Assembly (NCBI GenBank): GCA_039974935.1
Contig: JBDWIC010000006.1
Location: forward strand, 93,434-157,433
Direction: 5' to 3'
DNA length: 64,000 nt
Origin: Lentilitoribacter sp.
GTDB taxonomy: Bacteria > Pseudomonadota > Alphaproteobacteria > Rhizobiales > Rhizobiaceae
The notes beneath the pieces were generated by a model. The model ran no database searches and was not told the DNA's origin. It saw only the letters and a list, made by a program, of their open reading frames with translations. A program made the translations under genes and the position numbers. Below, in pieces: positions 22,413 through 33,006 of this stretch. Position 1 is the first letter of the stretch. Each line of letters begins with the position of its first letter.

Positions 22413-22450
22413 AGGCCTAGCCAATTGTGATGGCTTGGCCTTTATCATTT
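22413..22450 (+). terminator. Rho-independent terminator after ileS
   Basis: aggcctagcc-(9 nt loop)-ggcttggcct (one mismatch) followed by a T-rich tract. It lies 10 nt after the stop. Confidence 0.6.
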
Positions 22451-22609
22451 ATTAGAGCTTGTAAAATAAACTATTGAACAAATTCGTTATTTGCGAAAAA
22501 TGCAGCCTTAGGATAATACTTGCCTGAAATCTGCCTGATTTAGTAAATATGGCTGGCAGTATGTGCGGTCTTTTGAGTAGGAACAACGTTGTAAGCGTTG
22601 TAAAAATAT

Positions 22610-23203
22610 ATGAATAAAGCATTCATTGCGGTAACATTAATGAGTTTTGGTGCATTGCTATCGGGCTGTGTGTCATCGCCTACTTATGGGACAGATAAGT
22701 CATCGTCAGAGCAGTTATTTGAAGATCTAGGTAATATAGCGTCTTTGAAGACTCAAAAAGGCGCGGAAATTGATTATAAGCCTCGCCCTGATCTTGTAAC
22801 ACCACCATCGACAAGTTCGCTGCCAGAACCGCAAGTAAGTGTTGTTAAGAATGAACAGGTTTGGCCTGAATCTCCTGAAGAGACCAGAGCACGCCTCGTT
22901 GCTGAAATTACAGAAAATCAAGATAATCCTGGTTATGTTTCTCCATTGGGAATCGCCGGGCCAAATGGTAAAAGCCTAACCAGAGGCGAACAGCGTGAAG
23001 CATATCGTAAAGCGCGAGCCATTCAGCAAGGCGCTTATCAAGAAAGACGTTTTTTATCTGATCCACCAGCTGGCTATAAAATTCCAGCATCCACTGCGCC
23101 AATTGGCGAATTGGGTGAGACTGAACGTGAAAAAGAGAAAAGACGTTTAGAAGGTGCGACCAAGGCCGGCACTGGCAAAAGATGGTGGCAAGTCTGGAAG
23201 TGA
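22610..23203 (+). CDS. Lipoprotein, DUF3035-like
   Basis: Lipobox ALLSGC at residues 16-20. Low-complexity Pro/Glu-rich mature part. The family assignment is from memory of proteins with a similar layout near ileS/lspA in alphaproteobacteria. Confidence 0.65.
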   Translation: MNKAFIAVTLMSFGALLSGCVSSPTYGTDKSSSEQLFEDLGNIASLKTQKGAEIDYKPRPDLVTPPSTSSLPEPQVSVVKNEQVWPESPEETRARLVAEITENQDNPGYVSPLGIAGPNGKSLTRGEQREAYRKARAIQQGAYQERRFLSDPPAGYKIPASTAPIGELGETEREKEKRRLEGATKAGTGKRWWQVWK

Positions 23204-23236
23204 TAATCAGCTTCCACACGCTTTAATCATTTTTGT

Positions 23237-23683
23237 TCAGCGCTGCGTTTTGAAAAAGTCTTTTAAAATACCCGCACATTTGTCGGCTTGAAAACCTGAA
23301 TAAACGTCTGGTGCATGATGGCATGTGGGCTGATCAAAGAACCTTGCGCCATTTAATACCGCTCCGCCTTTTTCATCTTCAGCGCCGATATAAAGCCGTC
23401 TGATGCGGGCAAAGGAAATCGCACCAGCGCACATTGTGCAAGGTTCAAGCGTTACATAAAGATCAAAATCAGAAAGTCGTTCTTGTCCTAAATATTTCGA
23501 TGCGCGCCGTATGGCTAAAATTTCCGCATGCGCTGTGACATCATTTAGCGCCCTTGTTTCATTGCCAGCGCGGGATATAACCTGGTTATCTTGCACAATG
23601 ACAGCGCCAACAGGCACTTCACCGCGCACGCGTGCTGCTTCTGCCTCTTCGATGGCAATATGCATGAAGCTATCTTTGGGCAA
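23237..23683 (-). CDS. tadA: tRNA adenosine(34) deaminase
   Basis: CDA zinc motifs HAEILAIRRA and LEPCTMCAGAI. 148 aa. Confidence 0.9.
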   Translation of the reverse strand: MPKDSFMHIAIEEAEAARVRGEVPVGAVIVQDNQVISRAGNETRALNDVTAHAEILAIRRASKYLGQERLSDFDLYVTLEPCTMCAGAISFARIRRLYIGAEDEKGGAVLNGARFFDQPTCHHAPDVYSGFQADKCAGILKDFFKTQR

Positions 23684-23767
23684 TTTTATATCCTTTTTTA
23701 TTGCAAAGCATCAATTGCTCAATCCATTTGAAACTGTTAGGACAACGCCAACAAAGGCAAACACCAT

Positions 23768-25159
23768 ATGAGCAAACAAGACAAGCCCTTTAGCGGCAAA
23801 AAACCAAACAGAGATGATGGTAAAGCATCGCGTCCAAGAGGTGGTAAACCCGGCGCGGGTAAACCTGGCGCTGCAAAAGCGGCAAAACCATCCGTGGCAA
23901 AAGAAGCAGCACCAATTTTAGTCGAAGGGCGCATTGCTAAGATGCTCGCCCGCGCTGGCGTTGCTTCACGCCGTGAAGTTGAGCGCATGATTGAAGAAGG
24001 TCGCGTTAAACTTAATGGCAAAGTTCTAACAAGCCCAGCGATTAACGTGACGCAGTCAGACAATATTGAAGTCGATGATAAACCCGTTGGCGGTATCGAG
24101 CGCACTAGACTTTGGCTCTATTACAAGCGCGGTGGGTTGGTGACAACAAATAGCGATCCCGAAGGACGCCCAACCGTCTTTGATAATCTACCAGATGACT
24201 TACCAAGGGTTATGTCTATTGGTCGTTTGGATATCAACACGGAAGGCTTGCTATTGCTGACCAATGATGGCGGCTTGGCGCGCGTGTTGGAACTTCCTTC
24301 TACAGGCTGGTTGCGGCGCTATCGCGTTCGAGCTCATGGTAAGATTAATCAAGAACAATTAGATGAGTTAAAAGAAGGTATCGCTGTTGATGGCGTTCTT
24401 TATGGTTCAATAGAAGCAACGCTGGATCGTGTTCAAGGATCCAACGTTTGGATCACAATGGGCTTGCGCGAAGGTAAAAACCGCGAGATTAAAGTTGTAC
24501 TCGGTGCGTTGGGTTTGGACGTCAATCGCCTTATTCGCCTTTCTTACGGTCCGTTCCAATTAGGAGAGCTATCTGAAGGTGGTGTGGTTGAAGTAAAAGG
24601 CCGCATGCTTCGTGATCAGTTAGGTACACGATTGGTAGAGGCTTCTGGTGCCAACTTTGATGCGCCATTACGCGAGCACGAAAGCAAAGAAGAGCGCGAA
24701 AAAGCAGCTGAGTGGAAACCGCGTCGCAAACTAAGCGAAGCTGAGCGCAAAGAGCGTGCTCGAGATCGATTGGGCACACGCCCTGAAGGTCCCGATGGGA
24801 AGCGCAAATTTTCCGATAACAAATTGGATCAAGAAGAAGAACGTCCGCGTCAAAGAGGTCCTCGAAATAGAGCTGCTAACGTTTGGATGGCAAAAGGTGG
24901 TCGTCCTCGCGTTGAGCGTAAAGACGATGACGTTGAATATGGCAATGAACCAGTAAAAGGAAACTGGCATCGTCCTAAAGATAAGCTTGATCCTCATAAA
25001 AGCTTTCGATCAAAGAAATCAGATCAAAAAGGTTCGGACCAATCCCGCGACGGCAAAAAGCAATCCCGTGACGGGAAGAAACCGTTTCGTGATGGTAAAA
25101 AGCCTGATGGTGTAAACTTCAAAGGTAAAAAGGGCAGCAATGCGGATCGTCGGAGGTAA
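23768..25159 (+). CDS. rluB: Pseudouridine synthase, RluB/RsuA family, with S4 domain and long basic N- and C-terminal extensions
   Basis: S4 domain (RIAKMLARAGVASRREVE) and catalytic motif GRLDINTEGLLLLTNDG. The C-terminal ~170 aa are Lys/Arg/Asp-rich with SRDGKK repeats. Confidence 0.85.
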   Translation: MSKQDKPFSGKKPNRDDGKASRPRGGKPGAGKPGAAKAAKPSVAKEAAPILVEGRIAKMLARAGVASRREVERMIEEGRVKLNGKVLTSPAINVTQSDNIEVDDKPVGGIERTRLWLYYKRGGLVTTNSDPEGRPTVFDNLPDDLPRVMSIGRLDINTEGLLLLTNDGGLARVLELPSTGWLRRYRVRAHGKINQEQLDELKEGIAVDGVLYGSIEATLDRVQGSNVWITMGLREGKNREIKVVLGALGLDVNRLIRLSYGPFQLGELSEGGVVEVKGRMLRDQLGTRLVEASGANFDAPLREHESKEEREKAAEWKPRRKLSEAERKERARDRLGTRPEGPDGKRKFSDNKLDQEEERPRQRGPRNRAANVWMAKGGRPRVERKDDDVEYGNEPVKGNWHRPKDKLDPHKSFRSKKSDQKGSDQSRDGKKQSRDGKKPFRDGKKPDGVNFKGKKGSNADRRR

Positions 25160-25709
25160 ATACCGTGGGCGATCAATTGTGTCGCCTAAAACGGAAAATA
25201 TCAGACCAACGAAAGATCGCACGCGCGAGAGCATTTTTAATATTTTAGAGCATTCTTATTCTGAACACCTAAAAGATGGCCGTGTGCTCGAATTATTTGC
25301 CGGCACTGGTGCGGTTGGCATTGAGGCTCTTTCCAGAGGCTGCGAGTTTGTTTTGTTTGTTGAGCAAAGCATTGAGGGACGTGGGTTGCTTCGGCAAAAC
25401 ACGGATAATTTATCGCTTCACGGCTGCACTAAAATCTTCAAGCGTGATGCCACAAAACTCGGTCCGCTGAGCAAATTTGAACCCTTTACGATTTTGTTCG
25501 CCGATCCGCCATACGGCCAAGGTCTGGGTGAAAAAGCGATCAAATCTGCTGTCGATAACGGGTGGATGGTGGATCAGGCTCTCGTGATTTTAGAAGAGCA
25601 TGTCGATATCGAGCCAGATCTTGATGATCGTTTTACACAAATTGACAAACGCCCTTTTGGCGAGACTAATATCTGGTTTTATTCTTACTCGGCAAACTCA
25701 CAAGGCTGA
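25140..25709 (+). CDS. rsmD: 16S rRNA (guanine966-N2)-methyltransferase
   Basis: MRIVGGKYRGR...RPT.DR.RES.FN, SAM motif ELFAGTGAVGIEALSRG, and DPPY motif. Confidence 0.85.
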   Translation: MRIVGGKYRGRSIVSPKTENIRPTKDRTRESIFNILEHSYSEHLKDGRVLELFAGTGAVGIEALSRGCEFVLFVEQSIEGRGLLRQNTDNLSLHGCTKIFKRDATKLGPLSKFEPFTILFADPPYGQGLGEKAIKSAVDNGWMVDQALVILEEHVDIEPDLDDRFTQIDKRPFGETNIWFYSYSANSQG

Positions 25710-25721
25710 AAGGTGCATGGC

Positions 25722-26546
25722 ATGGCAGATAAGTCGGTAGCAGTTGCATTTGGCGGCGGCGGTGCGCGTGGTATCGCGCATATTCATATTATTGAAGTAT
25801 TAGATGAGTTGGGCATTACGCCAGTTGCAGTATCTGGCACATCCATTGGCGCTATCATGAGTTCAGCAATGGCTGCTGGGATGAGCGGTGTGGATATCCG
25901 CGAATTTATGATGGAAAGTATCGGGCGACCAACAAATGTTGCCTCCCGTTTGTGGAAAGCGCGTCGTCCTACTTGGAAATCCGTTATCACGGAAGGTGTA
26001 ACACTGGGACAATTTAATGTGGAACGCATTATCGACGCGTTTATGCCCGAAGAGTTACCTCACAGTTTTGATGAATTGAGAATCCCGACCCAACTTTTGG
26101 CTACCGACTTTTATGGGCATTCAGAAGTTATAATGAACGATGGGAACCTGCGCTCGGCGATTGCCGCCTCTGCTGCACTTCCCGCGATTTTTAAACCAGT
26201 GCATAGAGATGGGCGTTTCTTAATCGATGGCGGTATTTTTAACCCACTGCCGTTTGACGTGCTCGAAGGGCTGGCTGACATCATTATTGCAGTTGATGTT
26301 GCAGGTTTCCCCACAGGTGACGCATCCCAAAGACCAAGTACAACCGATGCAGCTTTTGGTGCCAGCCAACTCATGATGCAGTCAATCATTGCCGAAAAGG
26401 TTGAAAAAACGCCACCTGACATTTTCCTCGTGCCAGATGTACACGATTTTCGCGTTTTAGATTTCATGAACGCTGATGATGTCTTAAAGCAAAGCGCAGG
26501 TATTCGTGATGTGCTTAAATCTGAACTTGATCGAGTGCTCAGTTAA
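25722..26546 (+). CDS. Patatin-like phospholipase
   Basis: Oxyanion GGGGARG, nucleophile elbow GTSIGA, catalytic DGG (LIDGGIFNPLP). Alternative GTG start at 25713. Confidence 0.85.
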   Translation: MADKSVAVAFGGGGARGIAHIHIIEVLDELGITPVAVSGTSIGAIMSSAMAAGMSGVDIREFMMESIGRPTNVASRLWKARRPTWKSVITEGVTLGQFNVERIIDAFMPEELPHSFDELRIPTQLLATDFYGHSEVIMNDGNLRSAIAASAALPAIFKPVHRDGRFLIDGGIFNPLPFDVLEGLADIIIAVDVAGFPTGDASQRPSTTDAAFGASQLMMQSIIAEKVEKTPPDIFLVPDVHDFRVLDFMNADDVLKQSAGIRDVLKSELDRVLS

Positions 26547-27955
26547 AGTGCGGATGCTTTACCGCTGGTAAATGGAGAATTTGCGGCGGGGGGATAACGA
26601 TGGTTTTGATCATCGTCGTTGTCCTGTTCGCGTGCCTCTAGTTTTTTGATAACGCGTAGACAAACGATCGCACTCATAATTCCAAAGAACACAGCTCCTA
26701 ATCCATAGCCAACTAAAGCACCTTCTATGCCGTAATATTGAGATCCCACCCAGACAAATGGGATAACACCGAGTGTTGAACGTCCCCAATTGAACATAGT
26801 TGAATAAAACGCGTAACCAAGATTATTAAAGGCAGCATTGGCCGCAAATAACATGCCGTTAAACAAGAAGCTGGATGCAATCCATAGGCAGAAGAAAGTC
26901 ACGACCAATCGCGCATCACCTTCGGTTCCAAAAATATCGGCAATTTGATGACGGGCAAGTGCAAGGACGCCAGAAATTGCTACAACGTAGATAATCGTAA
27001 AGATGAAACCATCTTTGATTGCGCGCTCAATTCTATCATACCTGCGTGCGCCAAGATTTTGCCCTAAGATAGGTCCAATAGCCCCTGAAAGTGCAAATAA
27101 TGCGCCAAACGCAACGGGGATAATTCGTCCAACAACAGCCCAACCAGCAACAGCAGAATCGCCATATTCAGCAATTGTAGCGGTCATATAAGTGTTGCCA
27201 ATTGGCGTTGCTAGCTGTGTTAATATCGCAGGCGTGCCGATGATTAAAAACGGCTTTATCTCCCGACGAAGTGTACCCAGCTTAGGCGCGGCTATAAGGT
27301 CATGCACCTTGATAAGCGCATAAAGACCAAATGATACCATAATGAAGCGAGAAATAACGGTTGCTATAGCTGCGCCATTGATACCCATATCAAAACCAAA
27401 GATGAAAATTGGATCTAAAAGAGCAGTGGCAAATCCAGCAATAAGTGTCACATACATTGCTCGTTTAGCATCTCCAACAGCTCTGAGTAGAGAAGCTGCA
27501 CACATTCCCAATCCAAGAATTGGAAGCGACAATAAAACAATCTCAATATAACCGACCGCAAGTTCAGCGGTCACACCTTTGGCGCCAATCCAACCAACAA
27601 AATCCCCGATGAACGGATAGGAAACCACTGTGACCACCACAGCACTAATGAACATATAAACCATAGAAGCACCCGCGAGCGCTCGTGCTTCTGGTCTGTC
27701 ATCTGCACCAAGAGCACGTGAAGTAAGTGCAGTTGCAGCAATCGATAGTCCAATGTTCAGAGACATCGTAAAAAACAGCAAAGTACCCGCATACCCGATA
27801 GCTGCGGCAAGCTCATCCTCACCCAAAAGCGAGATGTAAAACAAATTAAATGCGTCAACCAAAAAAACGGCAACTAGTCCGATAGAACCAGTTGCTGTCA
27901 TATTGATAACGTGGCGCATTGTTGAGCCCGTTACAAATTTTGCTTTTTCACTCAA
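26543..27955 (-). CDS. MATE-family efflux transporter
   Basis: 470 aa, 12-TM, two-repeat MatE layout. 4-nt overlaps at both ends. Confidence 0.85.
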   Translation of the reverse strand: MSEKAKFVTGSTMRHVINMTATGSIGLVAVFLVDAFNLFYISLLGEDELAAAIGYAGTLLFFTMSLNIGLSIAATALTSRALGADDRPEARALAGASMVYMFISAVVVTVVSYPFIGDFVGWIGAKGVTAELAVGYIEIVLLSLPILGLGMCAASLLRAVGDAKRAMYVTLIAGFATALLDPIFIFGFDMGINGAAIATVISRFIMVSFGLYALIKVHDLIAAPKLGTLRREIKPFLIIGTPAILTQLATPIGNTYMTATIAEYGDSAVAGWAVVGRIIPVAFGALFALSGAIGPILGQNLGARRYDRIERAIKDGFIFTIIYVVAISGVLALARHQIADIFGTEGDARLVVTFFCLWIASSFLFNGMLFAANAAFNNLGYAFYSTMFNWGRSTLGVIPFVWVGSQYYGIEGALVGYGLGAVFFGIMSAIVCLRVIKKLEAREQDNDDDQNHRYPPAANSPFTSGKASAL

Positions 27956-29733
27956 AACTTTTCGCCTTCTGCGTTATCTGCTCTTGGTTCAATCAATGGT
28001 TCAGGTTTCACAGGTTTGGTCAAAACATGATGAACACCCGCCGTTAAGCCTTCTGCCTCTTGCAAAGCAAGGCGCGCTTCATCGCGGCGCTTCACCTCTT
28101 GGGCAATTTCTAGTGAAACTTGCTCGCTTAACCCAAGCGCTTCAAGTGTTTTGCGGCCAAATTCGATACCGGATTCAAACGTTTCTCGAATTTCGTAGTC
28201 CACTCCTGTGGCGCGCAGCGCAAGCGTATGAGCACGATCATATGAGCGAACAAATATCTTAGCTTCAGGATATTCGGAACGTATGAGATCAACAATTTTA
28301 TCGGTAGTCTCACGTTCGTTGGTACATATGGCAACGATTTTTGCCCGTTCAATACCCGCTGCGCGCAAAACATCTTTGCGTTTGCCATCTCCGAAATAAA
28401 TCCGAAAACCAAAATTGCGAGCGTTGCGAATACGTTCTGCGGATTGGTCGAGAATGGTTACATCTGTTCCGCCGGTCAAAAACATTTGCGAAGCGATCTG
28501 GCCAAAGCGTGAGAAACCAATGAGTAAGACATCGGACCCTGCGCCTTCAAAGTTTTCTTCCATACCTTCGTGTGTTGCACGGGTGAGGCTATCAGCAATT
28601 TTCGTCACAATAGGAGTAAGCGCCATCGTAATGGTCACAATTGCAATAAGTATGGAAGCAGATGCTTGTGTTAAAACATTTGCGGTAACCGCAGCTGTAA
28701 ACAAAACAAATCCAAATTCACCGCTTTGCGGTAAAATTCCGGCAATGCGTGTTGCTTCATTGCGGTGCGAACCAAACCCTCGGCATAGAATATAAATCAC
28801 GCTGGCTTTCACAATGAGAATAATCGGCACGGCTATGAGGATTAAAAGTGCATTGTCAAATAAGACATCAATATCAAGCGACAGCCCGACGGCCATGAAA
28901 AACAGGCCCAATAAAATACCGCGGAATGGTTCGATATCTGCTTCTAACTCGTGACGATATGAAGATTCAGCCAGCATCACACCTGAAAGAAATGCACCCA
29001 ATGCCATGGAAAGCCCTGCAAATTCCATTAATGCACCTGCGGCTAATACCACAAACAGAGCTGCCGCAATCATCGCTTCTTTTGCACCGGTACTCGCGAT
29101 CATTTGAAACAATGGATTAAGCAGATAGCGCCCAGCCAGAATGAGCAAGACCACAGCGATAATCGCTATATAAATACTATTCCATTCGACACCGTTTGAT
29201 TCAGATGAACCTGGGGCTAGAATGGCAACCATGGCAATTAGCGGAACAATAGCTATGTCCTGAAACAGCAATATTGAAAATGTTTTTTGCCCATATGCAC
29301 GGTTTAAGTCACCGCGTTCATCCAAAATCTGTAGAACAAAAGCGGTTGAGGAAAGTGCCAGTGCAAAGCCAATAACAATGGACGTGGTAAGGTTTTGACC
29401 GCCCAAAAACCTCGCTAACGCGGTTAATATGAGCGCAGTTACAACAACCTGTATACTGCCCATTCCCAGGATGTCTCGCCGCATGCGCCATAGTCTTGAG
29501 GGTTTTAATTCAAGGCCAATGATAAACAACAACAAGACCACGCCAAGTTCTGCGAAGTGCAAGATCTTCTCGCCATCAGCGATAATGCCCGCGATAGGAC
29601 CAATAACAATCCCTGCGGCTAAATATCCTAAGACGGTGCCAAGCCCTATGCGCTTGAACAAAGGGGCTGCGATCACTGCACTTCCAAGAAGAACAATAGC
29701 ATAGCTAAATAAGTCGGCTTCTTCGCCCGCCAT
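27952..29733 (-). CDS. CPA2 monovalent cation:proton antiporter with C-terminal RCK/TrkA-N domain (KefB/KefC-like)
   Basis: Na/H-exchanger membrane domain followed by a Rossmann-like LLIGFSRFGQ and RCK domain. Confidence 0.85.
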   Translation of the reverse strand: MAGEEADLFSYAIVLLGSAVIAAPLFKRIGLGTVLGYLAAGIVIGPIAGIIADGEKILHFAELGVVLLLFIIGLELKPSRLWRMRRDILGMGSIQVVVTALILTALARFLGGQNLTTSIVIGFALALSSTAFVLQILDERGDLNRAYGQKTFSILLFQDIAIVPLIAMVAILAPGSSESNGVEWNSIYIAIIAVVLLILAGRYLLNPLFQMIASTGAKEAMIAAALFVVLAAGALMEFAGLSMALGAFLSGVMLAESSYRHELEADIEPFRGILLGLFFMAVGLSLDIDVLFDNALLILIAVPIILIVKASVIYILCRGFGSHRNEATRIAGILPQSGEFGFVLFTAAVTANVLTQASASILIAIVTITMALTPIVTKIADSLTRATHEGMEENFEGAGSDVLLIGFSRFGQIASQMFLTGGTDVTILDQSAERIRNARNFGFRIYFGDGKRKDVLRAAGIERAKIVAICTNERETTDKIVDLIRSEYPEAKIFVRSYDRAHTLALRATGVDYEIRETFESGIEFGRKTLEALGLSEQVSLEIAQEVKRRDEARLALQEAEGLTAGVHHVLTKPVKPEPLIEPRADNAEGEKF

Positions 29734-29842
29734 CCTTTAATTTCCGTTATAAAGTGTTATGACAAGTTTGTGATGCGATTTGTCTTGTCTTGATATGAAT
29801 CTAATTTAAGCATACATGGGCCAAAGAGAAAGGCCAATTCCT

Positions 29843-31189
29843 ATGAAAGATACCAAACAATCCCAAGAACTTCTTTTAAGAGCTGAAAAATTAATTGATG
29901 CGGCTAAAAAATCCGGCGCAGATGCTGCAGATGCAGTTGTGGTGCGCGGTAAGTCAAAATCTGTTTCAGTCCGTCTTGGAAAGGTTGAGAATACGCAAAG
30001 TTCTGAGAGTGATGATTTCAGCCTGCGGGTATTTGTTGGCAATAAAGTTGCTTCTGTGAGCGCAGGCCAAAGCGGCGATGATTATCAACTTGCCGAACGT
30101 GCTGTCGCTATGGCCAAAGTGTCGCCGGAAGATCCCTATGTTTGTTTGGCAAACAAAGAAGATTTGGTGGACAAGGTTGTCGACCTTGATCTGTTTGATG
30201 CAACAGAAGTTTCATCTAACGACATGACAGATGCTGCCCTTGCAATGGAAGAAAGTGCGATGGCTGTCGATGGTGTTGCAAATTCACTTGGCGCTGGCGC
30301 ATCAAGCGGAATGGGCGGTTTGGTGCTGGCGACATCGGACGGGTTTTCAGGAAGTTACGCGGTTTCAGGGTTTGGCAGATCAGTTAGCGTACTTGCCGGT
30401 GAAGGCACAGCGATGGAACGTGACTATGAGTTTGATAGCCGCGTTTTTTATTCTGATTTAGATGCACCGGAGACTATTGGTGTTGCAGCTGCAGAACGCG
30501 CGGTAAAACGTTTAAATCCGCGTCAGGTCCCGACAGCCAGTGATGTGACAATCGTTTTTGACCCACGTGTTTCGCGCGGTATTTTTGGTCACCTAATTGG
30601 AGCAATTAATGGTGCATCGGTGGCTCGAAAAACAAGTTTCTTGCGCGATCAAATGGGTGAACAAATCTTGCCGGATGCTGTAAATATTATCGATGACCCG
30701 AAGATTGCTCGCAAATCAGCATCGCGTCCATTTGATGGAGAAGGTGTTGATGCAAATGCAATGACAATGGTTGATAACGGCGTATTGCAAAATTGGTATT
30801 TGAGCACTTCATTGGCCAAGCAACTTGGACTAAAAACCAATGGCCGTGGTTCGCGCGCTGGTAATAATGTCGGCGCCTCATCTACCAATGTGTTGGTCTC
30901 ACCGGGCGATATGAGTGCGAAAGATCTCATTGGTTCGGTTAAATCTGGCTTATATGTCACCGAAGTTATCGGCCAAGGCGTGAATATGGTCACCGGTGAA
31001 TATAGTCGTGGAGCATCTGGTTATTGGATTGAAAACGGGGTACTAACATTCCCAGTATCAGAAATCACAATTGCGTCTAATCTGAAGGACATGTTTAAAC
31101 GTATTGTGTTGGCAAATGATATTGACCCGAAATACTCAATCGCGGCGCCCACTATTGCCGTTGAAGGAATGACACTTGCTGGCAAATAA
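29843..31189 (+). CDS. pmbA: TldD/PmbA-family metalloprotease (PmbA-like)
   Basis: PmbA_TldD domains. The C-terminal GEYSRGASGYWIENG motif is typical of PmbA. The ORF opens at 29816. Confidence 0.8.
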   Translation: MKDTKQSQELLLRAEKLIDAAKKSGADAADAVVVRGKSKSVSVRLGKVENTQSSESDDFSLRVFVGNKVASVSAGQSGDDYQLAERAVAMAKVSPEDPYVCLANKEDLVDKVVDLDLFDATEVSSNDMTDAALAMEESAMAVDGVANSLGAGASSGMGGLVLATSDGFSGSYAVSGFGRSVSVLAGEGTAMERDYEFDSRVFYSDLDAPETIGVAAAERAVKRLNPRQVPTASDVTIVFDPRVSRGIFGHLIGAINGASVARKTSFLRDQMGEQILPDAVNIIDDPKIARKSASRPFDGEGVDANAMTMVDNGVLQNWYLSTSLAKQLGLKTNGRGSRAGNNVGASSTNVLVSPGDMSAKDLIGSVKSGLYVTEVIGQGVNMVTGEYSRGASGYWIENGVLTFPVSEITIASNLKDMFKRIVLANDIDPKYSIAAPTIAVEGMTLAGK

Positions 31190-31976
31190 ACTTCAAAGTC
31201 TTGATGATCAATCATTGATTGAAACTATTGCGCTTGAAGCTGGAAAAATAGCTTTAAAGCATTTTAAGAAAGAGCCAGAAGTTTGGTATAAAGGGATTTC
31301 AAAATCCCCTGTGAGTGAAGCTGATCTTGAGATTGATGAATTTCTGAAGAAAACGCTTCTTGAAGCCCGGCCAGATTATGGTTGGTTATCAGAAGAAACC
31401 GAAGATAACAGTGAGCGCCTTTCAGCAGAAAAAGTGTTCGTGGTGGATCCAATAGATGGAACACGCGCCTTCATCGCAGGAACAGATGAATGGTGTATCT
31501 CCATCGGTATCGTCGAAAATAGTAAGCCGATAAATGGGGTGTTATTTGCCCCTGTGAGAGAAAAACTTTATTCCGCCGCTCTCGGGAAGGGGGCGTTCAT
31601 TAACGGAATTGGTGTTGATCCTGATGTTGTTTCAATGATGCTTGAGCCCCACCGTGTGATTATTCCGCAAGAAGTTGCGAAATATGTTCGTGATGACTTT
31701 GTCAAAGAGATTGAAACTGTGGGTGGCGTGCGGTCGCTTGCTTTACGCATTGCAGGACTAATTGAAGATTACGCCGATGGAATTTATGTTCGCAAAAATT
31801 CAAGAGATTGGGACATGATTGCAGCGCACTTAATTGTGCAAGAAGCTGGTTTTCGATTGGTGGACCTTGATTTGGAAGATGTTGTTTATAACAAATCTGA
31901 AACCAAACATGGTCTATTAATTGCCGCACACCCCAGCTATACAGGGGAAATGAAAGACGCTTTGCAGCTTACCTGA
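31176..31976 (+). CDS. Inositol monophosphatase-family protein (CysQ / 3'(2'),5'-bisphosphate nucleotidase-like)
   Basis: Motifs WLSEETED and VVDPIDGTRAF, plus C-terminal WD. TTG start overlaps pmbA by 14 nt. Confidence 0.8.
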   Translation: MLANKLQSLDDQSLIETIALEAGKIALKHFKKEPEVWYKGISKSPVSEADLEIDEFLKKTLLEARPDYGWLSEETEDNSERLSAEKVFVVDPIDGTRAFIAGTDEWCISIGIVENSKPINGVLFAPVREKLYSAALGKGAFINGIGVDPDVVSMMLEPHRVIIPQEVAKYVRDDFVKEIETVGGVRSLALRIAGLIEDYADGIYVRKNSRDWDMIAAHLIVQEAGFRLVDLDLEDVVYNKSETKHGLLIAAHPSYTGEMKDALQLT

Positions 31977-32021
31977 TCGCGTATTTCACAAAAATTTCCA
32001 CCCTTTTATAAAGGTATAATT

Positions 32022-32258
32022 ATGTCAGAAGAAAAATCAAAACAGCTTCTTCATCTGGTTTTTGGCGGTGAATTGGAGAGTCTCGAAGGTATGGATTTTC
32101 GAGATCTTGAAGATCTAGACGTTGTTGGTATATACCCAAATTACGAAACCGCATTTGCTGCTTGGAAATCGAAAGCTCAAATGACAGTTGATAACGCGCA
32201 TATGCGTTATTTCATTGTGCATATGCATAAGTTGTTAGAACCTGGTATCGACGACTAA
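32022..32258 (+). CDS. DUF4170-like small conserved protein
   Basis: 78 aa. LHLVFGGEL...VVGIYPNYETAFAAWKSKAQ.TVDNAHMRYFIVHMH resembles the small protein conserved upstream of waaA in alphaproteobacteria (assignment from memory). Confidence 0.65.
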   Translation: MSEEKSKQLLHLVFGGELESLEGMDFRDLEDLDVVGIYPNYETAFAAWKSKAQMTVDNAHMRYFIVHMHKLLEPGIDD

Positions 32259-32292
32259 TCTACGTTCGACTGTTGAAAAGAAAGAACTCATT

Positions 32293-33006
32293 TTGAATCT
32301 GCGGTCGATCTCCAAAACCATATTGCGCTCAAATTTTTTCCAGGCCATTGCCGCCAGGTTGCTCTACTTTATTCTCTGGTTCATTTATAAAACAAATAAA
32401 CCAGATGCAGATGCAAAAAAGCAGGAAGAAATCGCATTTTCCAATGAGCCATGCATATTCGTCTTGTGGCATGGTCAACATTTGTTGTCGCCTTTCTTTG
32501 CACCTCGTGGAAGAAAATTTACCGCATTGGTTTCTAAAAGTGCCGATGCGGAAATAAATGCGCGAATATTAAAGCTTGCAGGTCACGGCGTGGTTCGAGG
32601 GTCAGGTGGCAGAGTTCGCGAAGCTGCGCATGAAAAAGGTGGTGTGTCGGCAACGCTCGCCCTAAAAAACAAACTCAAGGCAGGCGAGAACATCGCAGTC
32701 ATTGCGGATGTCTCTAAAAGCGAGCCCCGAAAAGCAGGGCGCGGTGTCGTCAGTTTAGCCAAAATTTCTGGTCGTCCCATTGTCCCGCTGGCAATGGCTA
32801 CAAGTCGCTTTAAAATTATCGAGAAAAGCTGGGACAAAACAACAATTAACAAACCTTTTGGAAAAGCTGGTGCGCGGGTTGGTAATCCAATTTTTGTGCC
32901 ATCTGATTGTAGTGCCGAAGAGCTAGATCATTATCGTAAAAAAGTTGACGATGAACTCAATCGCGTTACAATCGAAGCCTATGGGGTAGTTGGACATAAT
33001 CTATGA
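32293..33006 (+). CDS. DUF374 / lysophospholipid acyltransferase-like protein
   Basis: N-terminal TM. HGQHLL matches an HX4D-like acyltransferase region. Overlaps waaA by 4 nt, the usual partner position. Confidence 0.7.
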   Translation: MNLRSISKTILRSNFFQAIAARLLYFILWFIYKTNKPDADAKKQEEIAFSNEPCIFVLWHGQHLLSPFFAPRGRKFTALVSKSADAEINARILKLAGHGVVRGSGGRVREAAHEKGGVSATLALKNKLKAGENIAVIADVSKSEPRKAGRGVVSLAKISGRPIVPLAMATSRFKIIEKSWDKTTINKPFGKAGARVGNPIFVPSDCSAEELDHYRKKVDDELNRVTIEAYGVVGHNL

